34,708 nt of DNA, taken from the NCBI GenBank assembly GCA_018691995.1, contig JABHJM010000046.1:1-34708 (forward strand). The letters are read 5' to 3'. Of the stretch, positions 18,501-22,744 are shown piece by piece. Within the stretch, counting starts at the first letter, position 1, and each line of letters starts with the position of its first letter. The stretch is from Candidatus Iainarchaeum sp. (GTDB lineage: Archaea; Iainarchaeota; Iainarchaeia; Iainarchaeales; JAAZKV01). The notes below the pieces were generated by a model, which made no database searches, had not been told where the DNA came from, and saw only the letters and a list, made by a program, of their open reading frames with translations. A program made the translations under genes and the position numbers.

Positions 18501-21001
18501 ATAAAAGATAAATTATTGTCAGTAGCAACACTTACTTGTAAGTAATCAGTTTCTTTTGCACTAAATTCTGCTTCAAGTGCATAAATTTTTCCTTGTAGTG
18601 CTTCAAAGCCAGCAGTGTCATAAAATACATCTTCAGCATCAACAAAGTTCATTGCAATACAAACATTGTCATTACATTCTGGTAGTGATTCGTATAAATT
18701 AAATTCTTCTGTTAGTGTACTAGCATATAATGCACTTTTAGTTTCACTATTCAATCCAGTTCCAAGATCCACATCTTCTGGAGTTCTATGATAATCATCT
18801 TGTAAGTTTGACCATGCACGATAATGGATTGGAATTTTCCCAGCAGTAAAATCGGCAACTCGGACTTTTACTTTTACAATATAAGTTCCTTTTGGATTAG
18901 AAATGGTTCCTTCAACCCATTTGCTTTCTTCTCCTTCGCTTGAAGTATTACTTCGATCAACTACTTCGTTTTCACTATAAGAGTATGAATAAACTTTTTC
19001 TGAATTACTCATGTCAAGTTCATAGAGAGCAATGTTTCCAGAATCTACAAAGTTAGTAGTATCATTCCCTACACGAAAGTGTACTCCGCCATTGTCTGCT
19101 GCAAGTGGAAATTTAACACTAAATCTTGCCCAAAAGAATGCTCCAGGAGTAAGTCCTTGTACATTATCTCCATTCTCATTTTCGATTCCTTCGTATTCAA
19201 TTGTTGGTGAAAGATCACTATCTTTGTTATACACAACAACTTCAATTACATCTCTTCCTTTTACATAAACATTTTCAGTAAAAGTATTTCCATCGCATAA
19301 ACTAATTGCTAGTTCAACAACTTCTTTATCTCTTGAGTTAAAAATTATTGTTGAATCAACAATGTTTCCGTCAAAGATAATTTCTCCACTAAGTTCACTA
19401 ATAACTCCTTTTCCACATATGCTTCCTCCAAGAGGGTCAATTAAATTTAGTTCAATAACATTTGGTTTTTTGCTCATTGCAATGTAAACTTTATTATCAA
19501 TTACAACATCTCCAATTTCAACAAGTTTATTTCCTTTGTGTGTTTTTGTTTCTGCCGTTATTTCATAAGTCTTATTTTTTTCTACAACAAAATTTGCATA
19601 TCCTGCAATACTTGTTTCAAGTTCATCAATTCCATATGGGAGTTTGTTTGCATCAGTTATTTCTTCTACTTTTATTTTTGCTCCAGAAATAGGTTTGCTA
19701 TACTTATCAAGAGTATAAAGATCAATTCTTGTTGAATTAACACTATTTATTTTTTCAAGAACAATACTTGCAATTTCTGTTGAACCAACACTAACCTTAA
19801 TTCTTCCTGGTAAGTGTTCATCATGTACTGCAGTAATATAAATATCGTCATTTGGATCCAGTCCACTAAATTCAACCCCATTTATTTTTGAAATCTTTCT
19901 CTCAATTTGATTTCCGTTTAAATAAAATAATTGAACAACTGCATTGTCAAGTCCAAGTCCCAAATCATTTAATACATTAACAAGTAAGCTTTCTCCACCT
20001 TTTGCAATTATAACGTCAATTTTTTCTTCAGCTCTTCGCAGGGTAAAACTAATGTCTTCTGAATCAGAATCATATGTGAGATATCCTTCTGCACTAGCAA
20101 CAATTCTAAGTGGGATTCCTGTTTGGATTTGTGTGGCAATTGCTCCTTGTTCAGTTACTCCATTTGTTATTTCAATTCCTGTTTGTTTGTTATATACAGA
20201 AATTGTTGCCCCGTCGATTGAAGTGGTGCCGTCACTTAGGGTAATTATTACATTTGCTTTTCCAACAAAACCATTTCCGGAAGGAGTAAGGGTTAGGTCT
20301 TCACGAACTCCTGCAATAAAAGTAATTGTTTGTTTTAATTCTGTGTACCCTTCGGCATTTACAGTAATTAGAATAGGAGTGTCTTCAGGTACTCCTCCAA
20401 TTCGAAAGATTCCATTTTGGTCAACGTTCATTGTCCATTCAAGGTCTTCCCAGTTAAGTGTTACTGTTGCATTTGTTACTTTTGAAGAAGTCTCAGAATC
20501 AGCCAGTCCTACAATTGCATTTATTCCAACAAAATCTTTTGTAAAAAGAAGTGCTCCTTTTGCATCACTTTCTCCGACCAAAATTTCTTCTTCTGCATCA
20601 TGATAACCTGTTTTTGATGCTTGTAATAATAATTTTGTTCCTGGGGCTTGTGGAACAAGTTGTATTACTTGTCCATCTCCAACAGTTTTATTTGTAATTA
20701 ACATTTCTCCATTTTGTGATTGTACTGAAAGTGAAACTCCATTCAAACTTTTTCCACCAGTGTCACGAAGAGTTAGTGTAAGTTCATCAACAGTTGTAAT
20801 TGGACTTACAAAAACCAAACTTAAAAGTAAGAGTAACATTACAACAATTGCGATTGTTACAATGAATGATGGGATTCCTTTTTCTTCAAAAAAATCTGAG
20901 TAAGTATAAACAGGGATTCCCTTATGGTCAAGTGCATCAAGAACAGTAAAATATTTGTCTTCAAGATGTGTATAAAAATTTGCTAATTTTTCACTTATCA
21001 A
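12599..21001 (-). CDS. Giant membrane-anchored surface protein, paralogue C (2800 aa, TTG start), with a ~740-aa C-terminal extension relative to paralogue B
   Basis: Uninterrupted 8.4-kb ORF. The start is TTG at 21001..20999, directly preceded by an in-frame TGA and a GTGAT box 4 nt upstream. The TTG start is supported by alignment of MISEKLANFYTHLEDKYF...GIPSF plus TM (IVTIAIVVMLLLLLSLVFV) with the N-termini of paralogues A and B. CarboxypepD_reg-like repeats are present (TLTLRDTGGKSLNGVSLSVQ, ANVIITLSDGTTSIDGATISV, LLVNVLNDLGLGLDNAVVQL, FTVKVFDEGLSGVENAFVKI). Family motifs are VHFRVGNDT, SKWVEG, IHYRAWSN, ALYAST. The body ends at FTISWNNS, which aligns by eye with QTINWNEAE at the C-terminus of B. 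Confidence 0.9.
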   Translation of the reverse strand: MISEKLANFYTHLEDKYFTVLDALDHKGIPVYTYSDFFEEKGIPSFIVTIAIVVMLLLLLSLVFVSPITTVDELTLTLRDTGGKSLNGVSLSVQSQNGEMLITNKTVGDGQVIQLVPQAPGTKLLLQASKTGYHDAEEEILVGESDAKGALLFTKDFVGINAIVGLADSETSSKVTNATVTLNWEDLEWTMNVDQNGIFRIGGVPEDTPILITVNAEGYTELKQTITFIAGVREDLTLTPSGNGFVGKANVIITLSDGTTSIDGATISVYNKQTGIEITNGVTEQGAIATQIQTGIPLRIVASAEGYLTYDSDSEDISFTLRRAEEKIDVIIAKGGESLLVNVLNDLGLGLDNAVVQLFYLNGNQIERKISKINGVEFSGLDPNDDIYITAVHDEHLPGRIKVSVGSTEIASIVLEKINSVNSTRIDLYTLDKYSKPISGAKIKVEEITDANKLPYGIDELETSIAGYANFVVEKNKTYEITAETKTHKGNKLVEIGDVVIDNKVYIAMSKKPNVIELNLIDPLGGSICGKGVISELSGEIIFDGNIVDSTIIFNSRDKEVVELAISLCDGNTFTENVYVKGRDVIEVVVYNKDSDLSPTIEYEGIENENGDNVQGLTPGAFFWARFSVKFPLAADNGGVHFRVGNDTTNFVDSGNIALYELDMSNSEKVYSYSYSENEVVDRSNTSSEGEESKWVEGTISNPKGTYIVKVKVRVADFTAGKIPIHYRAWSNLQDDYHRTPEDVDLGTGLNSETKSALYASTLTEEFNLYESLPECNDNVCIAMNFVDAEDVFYDTAGFEALQGKIYALEAEFSAKETDYLQVSVATDNNLSFIGTQNGTFNFVENLLTQGTSESTIAVSVTKDSMQKVRFYFIGEQPGGVNINFIASGNAYIQKDLSFTVVTEKKLLVELSDTLVTLGKNFTVKVFDEGLSGVENAFVKIINKQGEVVKSVSGNGEDGTGRGGSYRIENNLDAGLYTVEVSAPRFSTSTTTLLVSIAKVLDFKEEINVKMMVGQKTDIVTKPLENLSELSINQISYEIGDTDNFEISAVVPPILGAGQKNNVQINIEYVGSSETIDEIVEITIKGYVEGKFLVEATSMMNIVYNRQLDSDCLKLEPSNLTINLIGNAGSSDSDVVEATNNCDQAIMLTKRVKEKSNRSYIAVDSDDISLQPGQTKNITIRAQNLVERGMRLNENYNFEVIYDSNYLTKRLNVKVNLINPSFALSCPGQVTLWMTQNSVGQKATAAQPLYITNNSQFPIQNIGFNIQGTANGAKLSVEPSGAVNLEAGQTITPTKVLFAQGNSKLSEPIQQTVVVTGRMGNLNNRSGQRDLYGQYNNYYNGSGTYNSLTNYRPSVTNYTTSNNETLCTINATIYHSGFDCLKVNIVDDPTFNLSIEGLSKSRKISIQNNCAEPVRIISATSQAQGLLLGVQPTIVPPGPMVHTQLSVGSINPNMNLKGYPIFIQGITDISQTPIKSEAINIDVTSGDHSGKYSKATKGLTVKECVDGGEDTEITIDVPKLSSTDCSNGYCDAMQATEYIAKKLDTAIRKAESYAYSKQSQSETFGCETQGYCTFAQVGMKQESFELYLQNDVVSVGALREALGELTSNQTSGIRGGLSGGDYRIEVSDVSSETIQFLAASGYTIPTVFIDNDLQGCGYYKVRIDGAFPVAGNFLSFQTPVIIIRAMDLAEQGGLTTPECVDDIVNLANFTPIDKGFTATDNKGTWLTTINAETNLKSIGEGLAERHFKDKTRVTTTPQGNKIKISEGALTNALAEVCILGGEKKTIEVKVNSQVSGMSDTEKEAFHKSLSKMISDAMSGSFGNNCLVKSGEGHNCVRLSEASDVGRLKLDIPDKVMLFAKGGGCVYGDISSPIPESITFDIAGRDNEIKDFEGIKRITIEDVTNPNKTVTEETSEDETKTDEETDPSVDSKSRKYYYEIIFEGGDVTKPTSYPLQLTRNANSKDKRFMRDLKICAYPSLEKVEDSGESTYTTANGATFVVTAMNKSAGEARGTEDADGLIKINSGTLHPDDLVEILMQKKDKISKKGEKNPYYFTISWNNSINPIPSLKEYYKGMADSGLREEDVAEITKEGTKSNKATFNYEKEAKKKAITSYLGVCSATAAACNLTTGWGAVIAPVTDCVIPAAFMFKDDFASNYPAFKKTFAFLSEIPFIGIPFQTSQAKPYEPKSYAPALVAGGSTGGVARLYGAGSRLWGWNAGTASYLAGETDTIVKGKLITQLRSSFPNASDDAIEKVASDVATKFKDGVAKSGKDAYSSGLKRKNFKLLRDFGVVNEKDATKAIQKGINDVELKKVLLENSSASKSSTKITNMELLIGSEKGESISDIAGIKTRATTILDDPEVAFNTLGSTTQQQINSAKIISDKVSAQIDATPSLAGTGDMSISEAKSVVDDVLSTSGLSPTMEDEVRKEIYSQFKVKTDDFADAAKASRRFSSAADYTAAKDAATRIDVSELKSTIRSRANIAARRNAGEAIRSIDSSIDDIYEGVTKQMSKAAKEADVKLPTKGSTKFKNLIKSSRLWKELGRGVVCGVVSNYAGMYAYNRSARESTEELQKKITVLGDDPLLKGATYKMVLSEEDSKERIIPSYNMVDTDEEKAEMIKALSGKEKNLNGTLLVWDKSLHSKMPEERKLRLYLINIEPSQLRDVLSQNNDFFDDSDEIEDIIKMVQAPTTQELIYTYSHKESSRRISIDNAVYAREHWIGSLIVVLSDDYKESEKEKELLGKSTFLKNKITQLTQEVKGEANVSLTKEIAKKIFNTDPKKAEFFFRLVSAWEPFAESG

Positions 21002-21098
21002 TCAAATCACGCCCCCCCGGTTCACTGTGTATAATTATTATATGTAGTTAGTAAATTTAAGCGTTTCTTTGTTAATAAATGTTTTGTAATTTCGAAAT
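21002..21098 (-). promoter_or_regulatory. Leader/promoter region of giant gene C, containing a G7 homopolymer (C7 on + strand, 21012-21018), an SD box and two TATA-like boxes
   Basis: The minus-sense sequence reads ...ACATTTATTAACAAAGAAACGC...CATATAATAATTATACACAGTGAACCGGGGGGGCGTGATTTGA-TTG. The TTTATTAACAAAGAA motif sits at 21079..21065 and GTGAT at 21010..21006. Confidence 0.45.
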
Positions 21099-21743
21099 TC
21101 ATTTCCTAGCCCAAATGAACCACAATACATACACAACGATTATGTATACAAATAAAACTAGTCTAAACAAGGTATCGTGCGCAATTTCAAACACTGCTTC
21201 ATTTTGACTCATAATGATGTTTAGTGTAACAAAAATTCTAAGGAGATTAAATACATAACCAAGTATTACTGCAACAATTGCCCCAATGACTTTTTTTCGC
21301 CACCCTATTCCAAATGAAGCAAGTATTGCACTTACAAGAATAATAATTTCAAGTGCTCCGCTACAAAGCCAAGAAATAAAGATAGTTTGAGAAGTTTGAT
21401 TAATTTCAAATGAATAAGCTGTTTCAAAGTTTTCAAGTTCTACATTTCCATTACTCACTGTTTCTATTCCTTGTGCACTAAGTAGGCCTTGTGCACTTCT
21501 TCCAGTACTCTCTTGAATAGAAGTTGAAAAGGGTATAGTAATTCCACTAAGTATTAAATAAAATATTAAAAATCCTAAAACAAACCAAACAAATTGTTTC
21601 TTTTGATCTTTCACAATTTTCTTTTCTTGTTCAACAAAATAATTTTTTATCTTATTAGTAGTTTCACAAAACATACATTTTTCGTTTTCTTTACAAAATA
21701 AAATTGGCTTTCCTTTTTTAGGGGTAGATTTCTTTTTTACCAT
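21099..21743 (-). CDS. Minimal exosortase/archaeosortase-family protein (putative Cys transpeptidase)
   Basis: 214 aa. The C-terminal ~100 aa show the family-defining order of catalytic residues within TM helices: ISWLCSGALEIIILVSAILA (Cys in a CSG motif), about 40 aa, NLLRIFVTL (NxxR), about 20 aa, AHDTLFRLVLF (His). The N-terminus is basic with a Cys cluster (CKENEKCMFC), followed by one TM helix and a ~60-aa loop. Confidence 0.65.
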   Translation of the reverse strand: MVKKKSTPKKGKPILFCKENEKCMFCETTNKIKNYFVEQEKKIVKDQKKQFVWFVLGFLIFYLILSGITIPFSTSIQESTGRSAQGLLSAQGIETVSNGNVELENFETAYSFEINQTSQTIFISWLCSGALEIIILVSAILASFGIGWRKKVIGAIVAVILGYVFNLLRIFVTLNIIMSQNEAVFEIAHDTLFRLVLFVYIIVVYVLWFIWARK

Positions 21744-21755
21744 TGAGAAAATATG

Positions 21756-21770
21756 TTCTTTGTTAATAAA
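21756..21770 (-). promoter_or_regulatory. TATA-like promoter motif TTTATTAACAAAGAA upstream of the archaeosortase-like gene
   Basis: An identical 15-mer recurs at 21065-21079 upstream of giant gene C. The TATA centre is about 24 nt upstream of ATG 21743, so the transcript is probably leaderless. Confidence 0.4.
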
Positions 21771-21781
21771 AAGAGTTGCTT

Positions 21782-22030
21782 TTACTGTTCGTCTTTATGA
21801 TAAATTTCTATAAAAATTATTTTATTATCCTTTTCAATATAAATGTAGGCTAATCGAAAGGGTGAAATATAAAGTTCTCTTGTTCCTTTTCTACCATATC
21901 TCATGGGTTTTCCAAGGGTTGGATTCTCAATTACTTTTTCAATTTGTTTTTTTATTTTTAGTTTAGTTTCAGAATCTTTCATTTTTTTTATTTGTTTTAA
22001 AAATTGTTTTCTATATCCATAAATTACCAT
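21782..22030 (-). CDS. RelE/ParE-family toxin
   Basis: 82 aa. ...IEKVIENPTLGKPMRYGRKGTRELYISPFRLAYIYIEKDNKIIFIEIYHKDE matches the canonical nP..Gk.l....g.relri.pyRl.Y.i......i.i..i.H pattern. It overlaps the upstream antitoxin gene by 7 nt. Confidence 0.75.
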   Translation of the reverse strand: MVIYGYRKQFLKQIKKMKDSETKLKIKKQIEKVIENPTLGKPMRYGRKGTRELYISPFRLAYIYIEKDNKIIFIEIYHKDEQ

Positions 22031-22290
22031 TTTTTTAGCTCCGCAAGAAAAGCCTCCTTTGTCATGCTAGTATATTTTCCTTTATCATAGTCTTCCCAAG
22101 CTTTGTCTATTCGTTTAATATATTCCAGATCTTCTCCTAGATTGGAAGCTAATGATTTTACATCTTTCATGATTATGTCTTTTTTATTTCGAACAACAAG
22201 AAATTCATCGCCTTTTTTCATGCCTTTTCGCATATGGCTGGGAATTACAATTTGTCCTTTTGTACTCATTTTTGTTATTGCATATTGCAT
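22024..22290 (-). CDS. AbrB/SpoVT-fold antitoxin (MazE-like), cognate of the RelE/ParE toxin
   Basis: MSTKGQIVIPSHMRKGMKKGDEFLV is the swapped-hairpin AbrB/SpoVT signature. The track ORF begins at TTG 22344, but ATG 22290 is preceded by a perfect AGGTGAT box 3 nt upstream. I therefore call the 88-aa product starting MQYAITK. Confidence 0.7.
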   Translation of the reverse strand: MQYAITKMSTKGQIVIPSHMRKGMKKGDEFLVVRNKKDIIMKDVKSLASNLGEDLEYIKRIDKAWEDYDKGKYTSMTKEAFLAELKKW

Positions 22291-22465
22291 CAAATCACCT
22301 AATGTAAGATGTGTCTTACTTTTTATAATACTTTGTTTTGACAAAATTTAACTTTTAAAAAAATATAATTTTTTTTATTTTTAAATCTAATTTAAAGTTC
22401 GTCGATTGCTAAAATTTTATTTAAGAAAGTGGTTAAAAAAAGAAGGGGGTCTAATATTGATTAAG

Positions 22466-22669
22466 ATGGATTATAAAGTAGCTATTTACGAAGATGAGGA
22501 TGGAGTCTTTATTGCAGAATGTTTAGAACTGCCTGGTTGTATTTCTGATGGTAATACAAAAGAAGAAGCTGTTGAAAATATTAAGGAAGCAATAGATGCC
22601 TACTCTGAGAGTATTCTAAAAGAAAAAACTGAAAAATTAAAAGGGAAAATAGTAAATGTTACTGTTTGA
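22466..22669 (+). CDS. hicB: HicB-like (UPF0150) antitoxin-fold protein with no HicA partner visible
   Basis: MDYKVAIYEDEDGVFIAECLELPGCISDGNTKEEAVENIKEAIDAY is the classic HicB N-terminal domain pattern (y.v.i..d.dG.f.a...elpGc.s.G.T.eEA..n..eAi). The track start TTG 22406 adds 20 non-conserved residues, so I prefer ATG 22466. Confidence 0.7.
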   Translation: MDYKVAIYEDEDGVFIAECLELPGCISDGNTKEEAVENIKEAIDAYSESILKEKTEKLKGKIVNVTV

Positions 22670-22744
22670 TAAATTTTCTTTTCAATCACATTTTTATATT
22701 ACAAAAGTATTATCCTAGTAGTAATTTTAGTGTTGTGAGTAAAA

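Noticed and set aside
13800-20603. Plus-strand ORFs inside giant gene C, including the long 219-aa ORF at 19944-20603
   Set aside because: They are antisense to an uninterrupted 8.4-kb ORF whose start is supported by paralogue alignment. Their S/P/F/I-rich low-complexity products are typical of the reverse frame of T/G/E/V-rich coding sequence.
3832-21001. C-terminal sorting signals (PGF-CTERM, PEP-CTERM-like motif plus TM plus basic tail) on giant proteins B and C and on the pilin-like protein
   Set aside because: I looked for them because of the adjacent archaeosortase-like gene. All three C-termini are hydrophilic with no terminal TM helix, so no canonical substrate can be called in this window.
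1-21001. Diversity-generating retroelement (DGR) targeting the giant surface proteins
   Set aside because: DGRs are known in small-genome archaea, but no reverse-transcriptase ORF is present in the window. I could not identify a template/variable repeat pair by eye. This would need a computed repeat search.
21099-21743. Interpreting the 214-aa membrane protein as the missing prepilin peptidase
   Set aside because: Prepilin peptidases (PibD/FlaK/PilD) have two catalytic Asp residues, the second in a GxGD-type motif. This protein instead shows the CSG / NxxR / H arrangement of exosortase-family enzymes.
22406-22465. The 20-codon N-terminal extension of the HicB ORF (TTG start) as a possible fused or degraded HicA
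   Set aside because: The sequence MLKFYLRKWLKKEGGLILIK is far too short and shows none of the HicA dsRBD-like motif (G-S-H). It is more likely untranslated leader.
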